Source: Atribacterota bacterium (GTDB lineage: Bacteria > Atribacterota > Phoenicimicrobiia > Phoenicimicrobiales > Stramentimicrobiaceae). From it: a stretch of 64,000 bases of DNA. The notes below the pieces were generated by a model, which was not told the origin of the DNA, did not search any database, and saw nothing but the letters and a program-made list of their open reading frames with translations. Of the stretch, positions 50,921 to 61,081 are shown in pieces. The first letter of the stretch is position 1, and each line of letters starts with the position of its first letter. Location: positions 1 to 64,000 of the forward strand of contig JAXGNR010000008.1 in the NCBI GenBank assembly GCA_040767965.1, given 5' to 3'. The translations under genes and the position numbers were made by a program.

Positions 50921-52159
50921 ATGTTATTTCCAAAAAGCAATAGCAAAGAAAAAAAAGAAAATACTGCTTTAATGATTGTTATTTTAATACTTTCAATACC
51001 CTGTTTTGCCTTAAGCTTGGTGCATAATGGTTTTCTTTCATTGCTTCCTTTTGTAAGAGATGATTTTTTACTGACTAGATCGCAAATTGGCTATTATTCT
51101 ACTTTTATCTTTATCAGTGCTTCTCTATTAGCAATTTTTACTGGTGATATTGTTGATAAATTTGGTCCCAAAAAAAGTGTAATAGCCGGAATAATAAGCA
51201 TGAGCTTTCTCTGGCTACTCTATGGGTTTTCCGTTAATTATAACATGCTTTTATTTTTAGCTCTGATAGCAGGAATAGGTTTTAGTATAATAACACCTTC
51301 AGTTAATAAAGGAGTTATGCTGGCAGTTTCTCCTGGCAAAAGAGCAATATCAATGGGAATTACCCAAATGGGATTTGGCTTAGGAGGCATTTTGGGGACC
51401 AGTTTTTTACCACTTTTGGCCAGGATCTATGGCTGGCGATTTGCAGTACAAATTGCGGCTATTTTTGCAATGATAACAGGAGTTCTGGTTTTCAAATATT
51501 ATCAGGAAGTAGATATCCAACAAAAAACAATAATAGAAAGTGATAAAAAAGATACACAAAAATCCTTTAAAGAGAATCTTTGTTTTATTATTAAAAATAA
51601 AAAATTGCTAAAAATCTGCATAGTAGGTACTATTTTTGGTATTTCTGTTGGTGCTGTCCTACCTCACTTTTCAGTATTTCTTACTGAAGACCTTCGTCTG
51701 GCAGTAACTTCTGCAGGTCTGGCTTTTGCAATAATGCAGCTTGGAGGAATAATAAGTCGCCCATTTTGGGGGTGGATTTCTGATAAAATATTTAAAGGCA
51801 ATAGAAATATAAGCCTTTTTGTAATAGGGATTTCCATTGGAATTGTATATCTTCTTTTTGCATTTTTTATCAGTTTAATGCAGGGTAATTTATTTATCAC
51901 ATTTTTATTTTCATTTCTGCTGGGTTGTACTTCCAGCGGATGGGCTGGGGTACATTTCGTTAGTGTGGTTGAGTTTGCCGGAGACAAGCTGGCTGGAATA
52001 GCCACAGGTTTGTCCCTGGTTTTTCTTAGGATTGGCATGCTGGCTGCACCTCCCATTTTTGGTTTTATTGCTGATATAAATGGTAATTACCAATTTTGCT
52101 GGTTAACTTTTGGAATTTTTATAACAATAGTGTCTTTTTTATTTTTACAAAAAGATTAA
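50921..52159 (+). CDS. MFS transporter
   Basis: GDIVDKFGPK motif A, WGWISDK, PPIFGFIAD; about 12 TMs. Confidence 0.9.
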   Translation: MLFPKSNSKEKKENTALMIVILILSIPCFALSLVHNGFLSLLPFVRDDFLLTRSQIGYYSTFIFISASLLAIFTGDIVDKFGPKKSVIAGIISMSFLWLLYGFSVNYNMLLFLALIAGIGFSIITPSVNKGVMLAVSPGKRAISMGITQMGFGLGGILGTSFLPLLARIYGWRFAVQIAAIFAMITGVLVFKYYQEVDIQQKTIIESDKKDTQKSFKENLCFIIKNKKLLKICIVGTIFGISVGAVLPHFSVFLTEDLRLAVTSAGLAFAIMQLGGIISRPFWGWISDKIFKGNRNISLFVIGISIGIVYLLFAFFISLMQGNLFITFLFSFLLGCTSSGWAGVHFVSVVEFAGDKLAGIATGLSLVFLRIGMLAAPPIFGFIADINGNYQFCWLTFGIFITIVSFLFLQKD

Positions 52160-52263
52160 AAATTAGATTATATTCTTTCTATTAAATTAAAGAGACTAAC
52201 TAAAAAATATAAAATAGGATTATAATAGTAAAAATAATAAAAAAAAGGAGGAATTATAAAAAC

Positions 52264-53322
52264 GTGAGCGGGAAAAGAGTGAATCATAAAACATTAAATG
52301 AATTTTGTGCAAAAGCATTAGAAAAAGCAGGTCTTTCCAAAGAAAATGCCAACATAGCTGCTGATATTTTAGTAGAATGTGATATAAGGGGAGTTTATTC
52401 TCATGGAGTAGTTGCTCTTCCTTATTACATCAAACAGATGAAATTAGGAGGAATTAATGTACAAGCCGAGCCAGCCATTGAAAAAGAAGGCCTCTCTTAT
52501 ACTCTTCTTAACGGCAACGGTGGAATGGGTCAACTAAATGCTTATAAGGCTACCAAAATTGCCATTGAAAAAGCTAAAAAATCTGGAGTTGCAATTTCAA
52601 CTGTTAAAAACAGCAATCATTTTGGTGCCGGGGCAACTTATGCCCTTATGGCTGCCAGAGAAGGAATGATAGGGCAGGCTATTAGTAATGCACCTCCTAC
52701 CATGAGTGTTACCGGAGGAAAAGGAAGAAATATTGGGAATAATCCTTTTTCACTGGCTTCTCCAGCAGGGAAGCATTCTCCTGTAGTGCTGGATATGGCA
52801 ATGAGTGTGGTTGCTGCAGGTAAAATAGCAAATGCTGCTGTTGCCGGAGAGTCAATTCCAAAAGGATGGATGTTAGACAAAGACGGGCATGACACAAGTG
52901 ATCCTAAAGCTTTCCAGGAAGGAGGAGCATTATTACCCTTTGGAGGATATAAAGGTTATGGTCTCGCTGCATTCGTGGAAATATTAGCAGGTATTATGCC
53001 AGGTGCTGGAATTACTCATCAGGTTACAAGCTGGAAAAGAAAACCTGATGCTCCTACTCAAACAGGACATTTTATTCAGGTTATAAATGTGGATGCATTT
53101 ATGCCGATAGCTGAATTCAAGTCCCGTATTGATGAGTTTATTAATGAAATTCACAATTATCCTAGAGTTGATGGCTGTGAAAAAATATTTGTTCCTGGAG
53201 AAATTGAAAATATCACTGCCGAAAAAGCACTTCAGGAAGGTGTTTATTTAGCTGAAGGCACAGCCAAAGGATTAATTGAATTAGCAAAAGAAACAGGTCT
53301 TGATTATTCTTTTCTTTCATGA
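52264..53322 (+). CDS. Ldh_2-family 2-hydroxyacid oxidoreductase (malate/L-lactate/sulfolactate/ureidoglycolate DH family)
   Basis: DIRGVYSHG, SNHFGAG, GNNPFS, LDMAMS, PFGGYKGYGL, PGE. Confidence 0.92.
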   Translation: MSGKRVNHKTLNEFCAKALEKAGLSKENANIAADILVECDIRGVYSHGVVALPYYIKQMKLGGINVQAEPAIEKEGLSYTLLNGNGGMGQLNAYKATKIAIEKAKKSGVAISTVKNSNHFGAGATYALMAAREGMIGQAISNAPPTMSVTGGKGRNIGNNPFSLASPAGKHSPVVLDMAMSVVAAGKIANAAVAGESIPKGWMLDKDGHDTSDPKAFQEGGALLPFGGYKGYGLAAFVEILAGIMPGAGITHQVTSWKRKPDAPTQTGHFIQVINVDAFMPIAEFKSRIDEFINEIHNYPRVDGCEKIFVPGEIENITAEKALQEGVYLAEGTAKGLIELAKETGLDYSFLS

Positions 53323-53343
53323 AAAACATGGTAAGATAAAAAA

Positions 53344-53395
53344 ATAAATGCTTAAGAAAAATTACTCCAAAAATGAATTTTTCTTAAGCATTTAT
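53344..53395 (+). terminator. Hairpin after the Ldh_2 gene
   Basis: ATAAATGCTTAAGAAAAATT...AATTTTTCTTAAGCATTTAT, 20-bp stem. Confidence 0.65.
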
Positions 53396-53631
53396 AAGTA
53401 AAAAAGTTTACACTTGATCTGTTTTCATTTTTTTTAAACTATATTTATAAGTGTAATTTTGTTATACTGCTTATATAAATATTAAATATAAATACAAATA
53501 ACATAAGTTTCTTTCTCAACTAGCTTCATAACCTTATAAAATAAAAATTTAATCAATATTAAAAAAGAAATTTATTTAACTCTTATAATTCAACATTACA
53601 ACAAAACAAAACAGAAAGAAAGGGTAATATA

Positions 53632-55317
53632 ATGAAAACATGGGAATTAATTGCAAATATGATAAAAGAACAAGGGATTGAATATGTATTTGGCATAGGA
53701 GATACCGATTTACAGTTATATGCAGATCAAGTTAAAGGATTAAATGCTATTAACCTCAGATACGAAGGTTCTGCTCCTTTTATGGCAATGGCTTATTCCC
53801 GGTTAACAGGCAAGCCTGGGGTATGTAGCGGCAGCTCTGGCCCGGGTGTAGCGAGTCTGGTGCCAGGAGCATTAGAAGCTTTTTCTGGATGTGTTCCAAT
53901 GATAATTTTTGCACCTTCTATTAATCAAAAAACAGAAGGAATGGGTGAATTCCAGGAATGTGATCAAATAGGAATGATGAAACCTGTTACTAAGTGGAGT
54001 GCTCGTATTACTGACATAGAAAGAATACCATGGTTTGTGGAAAGGGCATTTTCTATTGCCATGAATGGTCAGCCAGGCCCTGTGTTTTTAGAGATGCCTA
54101 TTAACTTAGGAGGCAAATTAACCAGTGGCATTCTTGTTGATGTTGAACCTTTACAAAACTATAAACCAGTTAAAAAGATCAGAACAGCCGGGGATCCTAT
54201 TCTAATAAAAGATGCTGTTGAATTATTACATTCAGCCAAATATCCGGTAATAATTGCCGGAAATGGCCTTGTTTCTGCAAAAGCACATAATAACTTTAGA
54301 AATTTCATAGAATTATTGGGAATTCCCTTTTTAACTACCCCCGGAGGTAGAGGTATTGTAGAAGAAAGTCACCCGCTTTCTTTAGGTGTATGTGGAATTT
54401 ATAGGACAGAACATGCCAAAAATTACTACAAAGTTGCAGATTTGGTAATCTCTATAGGTAGCAGAAACGAAGGATTTCAATCTCACAGCTGGGCTGATTT
54501 TCCACTAGGAGCGAAATTTATACAAATTGATATTTCTCCTTTTGAGATTGGGAGAAACTGGAAACCAGATGTGGCTATTGTTGGAGATGCTGATTTGGTA
54601 TTACAGCAGCTTTTGGAGAACCTTAAAAGTGGATATTCTCATATACTGAATAATCAGAGCTATTTGGAAAGAGAAAGAATTCAAGAATTAGCTAAAAAGA
54701 AAGAAAACTATGAAAAAGAAGTAGATAAAGAATGTTTATCTGAAGAAATTCCTATTCCGGCAAAACGAATTGTTCATGAAGTAAGTAAGGTCTTTGGAGA
54801 AAATACGATCCTGGTAAACGAAAATGGGTCACAAGATACATGGTCATATTGTTACCCTTACTATAAAATACAAAAAGGCTCCTCATGTATACCTGTTGCT
54901 GAACAAACATGCATGGGGATGGGTGTTGTCGGTGCAATTGCAGCCAAACTGGTAAATCCTGACAAAAAAGTTGTTTGTATTGTTGGAGACGGAGCATTCC
55001 AGATGTATATGAAAGAACTGCCTACAGCAGCTCAATACAAAGCAGGTTGTACCTGGATAGTTTTAAATAATTCTGCCTTTGGATGGATTAAATACAATCA
55101 ATTAAAATTCGCAGGAAAAGATATTTCTACATTTAAAATTCAACCTGATTTTGTCAAATGGGCAGAAGCCTGTAATTGTTCCGGGATAAGAGTAGAACAA
55201 CCTTCAGAAACCAAACCAGCTCTGGAAAAAGCATTGCAATTAAACGAAAAGGGAATACCTGTGGTTCTTGATATAATAACCGGCTTAGATCTTTCCCATT
55301 TTGAGAAAGCGCTATAA
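53632..55317 (+). CDS. Thiamine diphosphate-dependent enzyme (AHAS/decarboxylase/Xsc superfamily)
   Basis: RYEGSA (catalytic Glu), GPG, FQECDQ, PGPVFLEMP, GDGAFQM...LNNSAFG ThDP motif. Confidence 0.88.
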   Translation: MKTWELIANMIKEQGIEYVFGIGDTDLQLYADQVKGLNAINLRYEGSAPFMAMAYSRLTGKPGVCSGSSGPGVASLVPGALEAFSGCVPMIIFAPSINQKTEGMGEFQECDQIGMMKPVTKWSARITDIERIPWFVERAFSIAMNGQPGPVFLEMPINLGGKLTSGILVDVEPLQNYKPVKKIRTAGDPILIKDAVELLHSAKYPVIIAGNGLVSAKAHNNFRNFIELLGIPFLTTPGGRGIVEESHPLSLGVCGIYRTEHAKNYYKVADLVISIGSRNEGFQSHSWADFPLGAKFIQIDISPFEIGRNWKPDVAIVGDADLVLQQLLENLKSGYSHILNNQSYLERERIQELAKKKENYEKEVDKECLSEEIPIPAKRIVHEVSKVFGENTILVNENGSQDTWSYCYPYYKIQKGSSCIPVAEQTCMGMGVVGAIAAKLVNPDKKVVCIVGDGAFQMYMKELPTAAQYKAGCTWIVLNNSAFGWIKYNQLKFAGKDISTFKIQPDFVKWAEACNCSGIRVEQPSETKPALEKALQLNEKGIPVVLDIITGLDLSHFEKAL

Positions 55318-55367
55318 ATAAAATTATTTTCTTAAAACGAGAATGAAACAAGGAGGTCTATTAAACA

Positions 55368-57236
55368 ATGACTAATAATTCAGCAATACAGCTAAGAGTA
55401 TCATTAAATGACCAGACTTATAAGGTTGAAAATATTAAAGAAAGCATCCTCAAAGACTATTTAGGAGGCGTAGGTTATGCAGCCAAGCTTTTGTATGATG
55501 AGCTTGAGCCGAAGATAGACCCTTTGAGTGAAAAAAATAAAATAATCTTTGCTGTCGGTCCTTTAACATCATACCAGATTCCAGGAGGGGGAAGTGTTGA
55601 GATTTGTTTTAAATCACCACTTACCAATGCCTGGGGAGAAGCCAGATGTGGGGGAGATTTTGGTCCAGAACTGAAAAAAGCCGGCTATGAATGTCTTATT
55701 CTGGAAGGAAAATCTTCTAAGCCGGTTTATTTAGTTATTGATGATGAAAATGTTTATTTTCGAGATGCCAGTCATTTAACTGGAAAAATGGTTTCTGAAA
55801 AGACCAGGATTATCCTGAACGAATTAAATGATACTAATTTTTCAGTAATGACTATTGGAATAGCAGGAGAGAATTTAGTAAGAATAGCGGCGGTAATGCT
55901 GGAAGGAAGAGCTGCCGGCAGATGTGGCGCCGGAGCAGTAATGGGAGCAAAAAACATTCTGGCTGTTGCTGTTAAAGGTACAAAAAAGATAATTCCTCAG
56001 AATAAAGAAGAATATAATGCTGCTCTCAAAGAAGCACGACAGATAATTAAAGATAGTGATACTGCCAAAGGTTTTCGTGAATTTGGCACTATTGGCGATA
56101 TGGCCGGTAATGATGCTGCTGGTGATTGGCCTACTAAGAATTGGCAATCTAACAGCTGGGGCAAAGGAGAAGAATTATTTGATTATTACAATAAAAATAA
56201 CTTTGTAAGAAATCAGATGTGTTATAAGGGATGTCCTATTGCCTGCGGAAGGATTGCCCGGGTAAAAGAAGGAGTATACAAGACTCCGGAGCATGAAGGG
56301 GCAGAATATGAAACTGTCAGTGCTTTTACAGCCTTTGTGCTTAATCAAGACGTAGATGCTGCTATCAATTGCAGTTATTTATGCAACGAATTTGGCATTG
56401 ATACAATTTCCACAGGGGCACTGATTGCCTTTGCTATGGAATGTTATGAGCATAATCTGCTATCTCCGGCAGAAGTCGAACAACTGGATCTGTCCTGGGG
56501 TAATGCCCAGATCCTGCCTGTCTTGACAGAAAAGATAGCTCGCAGGGATGGCATAGGAAACTTACTGGCAGAAGGAGTTGTCAGAGCTGCCGAAAAAATA
56601 GGACACAATGCCCGGGAATTTGCTATTCATGCCAAAGGATTAGAGGGTCCGGCCCACGATCCCCGTTCAGGGAAACTGCTGGCAGTAACCTATGGTACTG
56701 GAAACAGAGGGATGTGTCATATTCATCCTTTAGAAGGAATGGCTTATGATTCCGGTAAGATGACCTGGGGGATGCTCTCTCATGGAGTACCCGACCCAAA
56801 TCAGCTGCACCGCTGGGATGAGATAGGAAAAGGCAAGATTACCAAGATCCTACAGGATGGCTTAGTCATGCCTGATGTTCTTGGAGTATGTAAATTTTTT
56901 ATGTATGCAGGATTGACTTTAGGAAATTACGCTAAAATATTATCAGCTTTAACCGGCTGGAAAATAGAAGATAAGGATTTGCTCCAAATAGGAGAAAGGG
57001 TGAATAATTTACAAAGATTATTCAATATCAGAGAAGGGTTTAGTAAAAAAGATGACAATATTCCTGATAGAGTAAAAAACCTTCCCTCTTTCGGTATTTA
57101 TCAAAAAGAAGAACGGTGTGCAATTACCCGGTATGATGAGATGCTGGAAGAATATTATATTGCCCGTGGCTGGGATCTGATAACAGGGAAACCGAAAGCT
57201 GAAAAGCTGGCAGAACTTGGATTGTCTGATTATTAA
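55368..57236 (+). CDS. aor: Aldehyde:ferredoxin oxidoreductase (W/Mo-pterin AOR family)
   Basis: KSPLT, RAAGRCGAGAVMGAKN, CYKGCPIAC, EYET, GIDTIS, KGLE..HDPR, YYIARGWD. Confidence 0.93.
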   Translation: MTNNSAIQLRVSLNDQTYKVENIKESILKDYLGGVGYAAKLLYDELEPKIDPLSEKNKIIFAVGPLTSYQIPGGGSVEICFKSPLTNAWGEARCGGDFGPELKKAGYECLILEGKSSKPVYLVIDDENVYFRDASHLTGKMVSEKTRIILNELNDTNFSVMTIGIAGENLVRIAAVMLEGRAAGRCGAGAVMGAKNILAVAVKGTKKIIPQNKEEYNAALKEARQIIKDSDTAKGFREFGTIGDMAGNDAAGDWPTKNWQSNSWGKGEELFDYYNKNNFVRNQMCYKGCPIACGRIARVKEGVYKTPEHEGAEYETVSAFTAFVLNQDVDAAINCSYLCNEFGIDTISTGALIAFAMECYEHNLLSPAEVEQLDLSWGNAQILPVLTEKIARRDGIGNLLAEGVVRAAEKIGHNAREFAIHAKGLEGPAHDPRSGKLLAVTYGTGNRGMCHIHPLEGMAYDSGKMTWGMLSHGVPDPNQLHRWDEIGKGKITKILQDGLVMPDVLGVCKFFMYAGLTLGNYAKILSALTGWKIEDKDLLQIGERVNNLQRLFNIREGFSKKDDNIPDRVKNLPSFGIYQKEERCAITRYDEMLEEYYIARGWDLITGKPKAEKLAELGLSDY

Positions 57237-57271
57237 AAATATTTTATAAATTTTTTTACGAAAGCGAAAAA

Positions 57272-57511
57272 ATGAATATAAAAGTAAAAATTAGACTTTA
57301 TACTAGTTTAAAAAAATATTCAATTAAATTAAATCAAGATAGCACCCTGGTTTTAAATAAAAAAATAACCCTGGAAGATTTATCCCGCTATCTAGAAATA
57401 CCAGAAGACCTAGGCCGGGTATACCTGGTAGATAAATTCCCAAAAGAAAAAGATTATTTTTTAAAAGATGGAGATGAAGTAAAAATATTTCCTTTTTTAG
57501 GTGGAGGGTAA
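57272..57511 (+). CDS. MoaD/ThiS-like sulfur carrier
   Basis: LKDGDEVKIFPFLGGG with C-terminal GG; directly after aor. Confidence 0.88.
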   Translation: MNIKVKIRLYTSLKKYSIKLNQDSTLVLNKKITLEDLSRYLEIPEDLGRVYLVDKFPKEKDYFLKDGDEVKIFPFLGGG

Positions 57512-57708
57512 AAAGTTTTTTTAGAAAATGAAATAATTAAAATTATAAAAAGCTTTTCAGTTGAAGCAAGTAAATATTTATTTCTTTTAAAAGAGAAAGT
57601 TGCCTTAAAAAGGAACAATTTAAAAATATCATCATATAGATAAGAATTTTTTAGACAATATAATTTCTTTGTCAAATAAAATTCACATGATGTGATAATC
57701 AAGAGGAT

Positions 57709-57912
57709 TACATTGGTTTTATTGTATCTTTGGCTCTTTTTTGTGCCATGGTATCTTTTATTTTCAGTGGACTAATCATTCCCTTTATTTTCAGTAAGCT
57801 AAAGCTTGATCCGGCAAATGTAAGTGGTCCAATTGATACAATTATTCAGGATATTATCAGTATTACTATTTATTTTAGCATTGCCCATATCTTACTTTAT
57901 ATTTTCAGATAG
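57709..57912 (+). pseudogene. mgtE: C-terminal fragment of an MgtE-family Mg2+ transporter
   Basis: IPFIFSKLKLDPANVSGPIDTIIQDIISITIYF matches the MgtE DPA..SGP...D motif; N-terminus absent; stop TAG supplied by the IS end. Confidence 0.7.
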
Positions 57913-59638
57913 TGTAAAATTTCAGTAGGTGTTTTAAGGATATCACTTGTCAGTAGGTCAACAAAAAAGGTAGACTTACCTCATAGAACAAAACAATAGA
58001 AAAAGAAGAAACATTCTTTTTCTAAAAGGAGGTAAATCTACCTGATGAAAGACTTATCTTTAACTATTACATTACCGTCTCTACAAGTGACTATAGCAGA
58101 AGACGAGCTGGATTTCCAGCACCTGGAAAAATTTGTTTTTCACCTAACTAAAATTATAGGCCAGCACATTCTAACCAGCATATTGCAGTTCCTTGACAAC
58201 CAATTAAGAAAAGAAAGGCAAAGAGGCAAACTTTCCAACTGTGGAAAGCGCAGCAAATATCTCTTGACCCTTCTGGGCAATATCAGCTATCAGAAGCATC
58301 TCTACCGGGATCAAGAAGGCCAGTACCACTGTCTTTTGGATGAAAAGCTTGGCCTAACACCCAATCAGCGTATGAGCACCCATTATCAGAAGATTACCGG
58401 CTTGTTCTCTTTTCTGGCCGGCAGCTACCGTAATGCCCAGAGATTTCTGGAGTACTGTTATGGGGATTCAGTAAGTTTTGAATGTATGCGCAGACAGGTA
58501 CAATCCCAGGGTACTAGTATTCAACAACTAGAAGAATACGCCTTTGACCAACAATTAGAAGAAACCCTCAAATCAACCTCTATCCCAGTTCAATCAGATC
58601 CCATCTATCTGGAGGTAGACGGTACCATGATTCACCTGCAAAAACAAACAAAGAAAAAGGCAGAACTAAAACTGGCTATCATTCACAAAGGAAAGGAAAA
58701 GAGATACCCTTTGGGAAGCTCGGATGCCAGAAAGCTCAAAGATAAACTAGCCTATGCCGGCCTTGGTCCAGCAGATGAATTTATGGCTAAGGTCAGTCTC
58801 TTAGCCGAAAACAAATACCAGGTGTATGACCATAACCTTATCCTGGTAGGAGGAGATGGGGCCAGCTGGATCAAAGACGGCGCCCAGGATTATTTCCCGA
58901 ACTCCATCTATCAGTTATGCCCCTTTCACCTAAAACGAAAATTAACCCAGAGTCTTTCCTATAACCCTAAAAGAAAATCCCAGATCAGCTCGCTCTTGCA
59001 AGAAGGCAACATCTCAGAAGCGCTCCTTTTATTGGAAGAAGAAAAAACTAAGAATTCTAAGAAAGAAGATGAATTAAATGAGCTGACTACCTATCTTGTC
59101 AACAATTATGATGGAATCAAGGCCATAGATCGCCTGAAAGAGGAAGGATTGCCTGTTGATACCATGGGTGCCATAGAAGGTAATATCGATAAGATCCTGG
59201 CCAACCGCTTCAAGAAACGAGGGATGAGCTGGTCTACTTCCGGGGCACTGAACCTGGCCAAGGTGGGACAGTTGATCGTAAATGATGACTGGGATGACTT
59301 CTGGCCCATAAAAGAGGAGGAGCTGGCCTTCAAACAGGTCAACCCCCAAAAGGGCGTTCACCTACCCCAAGAGAATAAATATGATAAACAGTATTCTCTT
59401 CCGGTATTGGTAGGCCCTCACCAGGATAGAAGCTGGGTAAAACAGTTAAAGGAGCTAATCAGTATTCATTAATCAAAAATTGATAAAAAAAAGAATATAG
59501 GAGCGTATTATTAGAATGTATTGCTATTATTATTCTCGGTTTGCTGTTAGAATTTACCTATAATCACTTACACTTTAACTTAATTTAATTTCCATAATTT
59601 TTGAGGTAAGGAAAAGTACCCACAAGTAGTTGACACTA
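57910..59638 (+). mobile_element. ISLre2-family insertion sequence
   Basis: Imperfect IRs TAGTGTAAAATTTCAGTAGGT (from 57910) and revcomp TAGTGTCAACTACTTGTGGGT (ending 59638), 14/21; higher GC than flanks. Confidence 0.75.
58045..59472 (+). CDS. ISLre2-family (UPF0236) transposase
   Basis: YLEVDG, GGDGASWI, LCPFHL, GAIEGNI..RFKKRGMSWSTSGA. Confidence 0.88.
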   Translation: MKDLSLTITLPSLQVTIAEDELDFQHLEKFVFHLTKIIGQHILTSILQFLDNQLRKERQRGKLSNCGKRSKYLLTLLGNISYQKHLYRDQEGQYHCLLDEKLGLTPNQRMSTHYQKITGLFSFLAGSYRNAQRFLEYCYGDSVSFECMRRQVQSQGTSIQQLEEYAFDQQLEETLKSTSIPVQSDPIYLEVDGTMIHLQKQTKKKAELKLAIIHKGKEKRYPLGSSDARKLKDKLAYAGLGPADEFMAKVSLLAENKYQVYDHNLILVGGDGASWIKDGAQDYFPNSIYQLCPFHLKRKLTQSLSYNPKRKSQISSLLQEGNISEALLLLEEEKTKNSKKEDELNELTTYLVNNYDGIKAIDRLKEEGLPVDTMGAIEGNIDKILANRFKKRGMSWSTSGALNLAKVGQLIVNDDWDDFWPIKEEELAFKQVNPQKGVHLPQENKYDKQYSLPVLVGPHQDRSWVKQLKELISIH

Positions 59639-59772
59639 ACTTTTATACAAAAATGATTGACAGAATAATAAAAGGAAATTTATAATTATAATGTAAAAAA
59701 GAAAACAGTAATTCACAAGAGCATAAGGGGTTCGCCTATAAAGCAAATATAGAGCAAAGAAGCTCTAAGCTG

Positions 59773-59857
59773 AGAAAGGTTAACCATCGGTAACGATGGG
59801 ACGCAAAGTTACGGGTCCCGCTCCATTTAACCCCCTCAATGGGACTGCCGGACTGCC
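59773..59857 (+). ncRNA. c-di-GMP-I (GEMM) riboswitch
   Basis: AAAGGTTAACCATCG-GTAA-CGATGGGACGCAAAGTTACGGGTCCC...GGGACTGCCGGACTGCC; upstream promoter TTGACA 59657 / TATAAT 59681. Confidence 0.8.
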
Positions 59858-60048
59858 TGCTTCCTCTCCCTAATAATCTTTATAAATTTCTTTAAATATA
59901 TTACATTAGAAGCCATTTTTAAGAGCACCATAATATAACCATAGATTGTTTTCTATTTTTTCTGTATATTATTAGACCTAAAAACAGAGGACGGTTATCT
60001 GTTTGACATCTTTTTCGTTTGTTCAGAATCATTTGGTATAGTAGAAAA

Positions 60049-60082
60049 ACCAGCCCCTCAGCTGGATGCTGAGGGGCTGGTT
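60049..60082. terminator. GC-rich stem-loop, terminator-like (T-tract on the minus strand)
   Basis: AACCAGCCCCTCAGC-TGGAT-GCTGAGGGGCTGGTT, preceded by an A-run. Confidence 0.6.
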
Positions 60083-60226
60083 AAGGTTACTTTGATTCTA
60101 TTTTATAATTATTTATGTTTATAGAAACATTTATGCACTCAGGACAATTGTCTTAACAGTATCCCCAACCCGGAATGAACCTGAATGGTTAGTTATATTA
60201 AAATCATTCTTTTAGGAGGTTTGAAT

Positions 60227-61081
60227 ATGAAAAAAATACTTGTATATACATTCATGGTTTTTTTCTTTCTGTTTTTGAGTTTTGTATTGATCACTAATGC
60301 CTCAGCTTCTGAACAATCCCTGGTTTCCCTTTCCTCTGGTGCATTCCTGATAGAAAAACCTGCAGAATACAGTCTCACTTTTTACAGTTTCTATATCATG
60401 GATGAAAATCCTGAAACAGGCTGGTGCTCTCCGGAGGGAGAAATTTCTGACCACACATTTGTCTTTGAACTTGCTGAAGAGACTGTATTGCATAGTCTGG
60501 AGTTTGATACCGCCTATGTAGATACAGAAGGAAGTGGTGTCAAAGATATACTGGTTGAGCTTTCCAAGGAAAATCCCACAGAGGGATTTCATGAGTTGAC
60601 CCGGATATCACTGCAGGACCAGCAGGACAAACAGCAATTTGCCGTTTCTGATAAGCTATCCGGAAGATGGCTTCGATTGACAATTTTAAATAATCATGGT
60701 TCTGCTGAATATACAGAGCTGCTGGATTTTCGTGCCTATGGTGAGCAATTGACCGAAACCCCATTACCCGATGTTTCCGGAACTTATACCAGTGATTTTC
60801 ACAGTGACTTTCACCTCCTGCATCAGGGTACCTCACTTACAGGATGTTATGAATGGGATGAAGGATTACTGAATGGTACCTTTGAAGGAAAAATGGCGAA
60901 ATTGACCTGGGAAGATAGTTACGACAAAGGCCCGGGTATATTGGTTTTTTCTTCAGATGGAGAAAGATTCTTTGGCCTGTGGTGGTATGAGGGTAACGAA
61001 GACTACCAGGCTGAAATGTGGGAAGGTGTAAAACAATCTTCTGATGTGGGCGGCTGTCCACATTGGGATAGTGGTTCATAG
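60227..61081 (+). CDS. Exported protein with discoidin/F5-8 type C-like domain
   Basis: AGGAGG RBS; signal peptide MKKIL...ASA; MDENPETGWCS, FVFEL, GRWLRLTILNNHG..YTEL..FRAYG. Confidence 0.7.
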   Translation: MKKILVYTFMVFFFLFLSFVLITNASASEQSLVSLSSGAFLIEKPAEYSLTFYSFYIMDENPETGWCSPEGEISDHTFVFELAEETVLHSLEFDTAYVDTEGSGVKDILVELSKENPTEGFHELTRISLQDQQDKQQFAVSDKLSGRWLRLTILNNHGSAEYTELLDFRAYGEQLTETPLPDVSGTYTSDFHSDFHLLHQGTSLTGCYEWDEGLLNGTFEGKMAKLTWEDSYDKGPGILVFSSDGERFFGLWWYEGNEDYQAEMWEGVKQSSDVGGCPHWDSGS

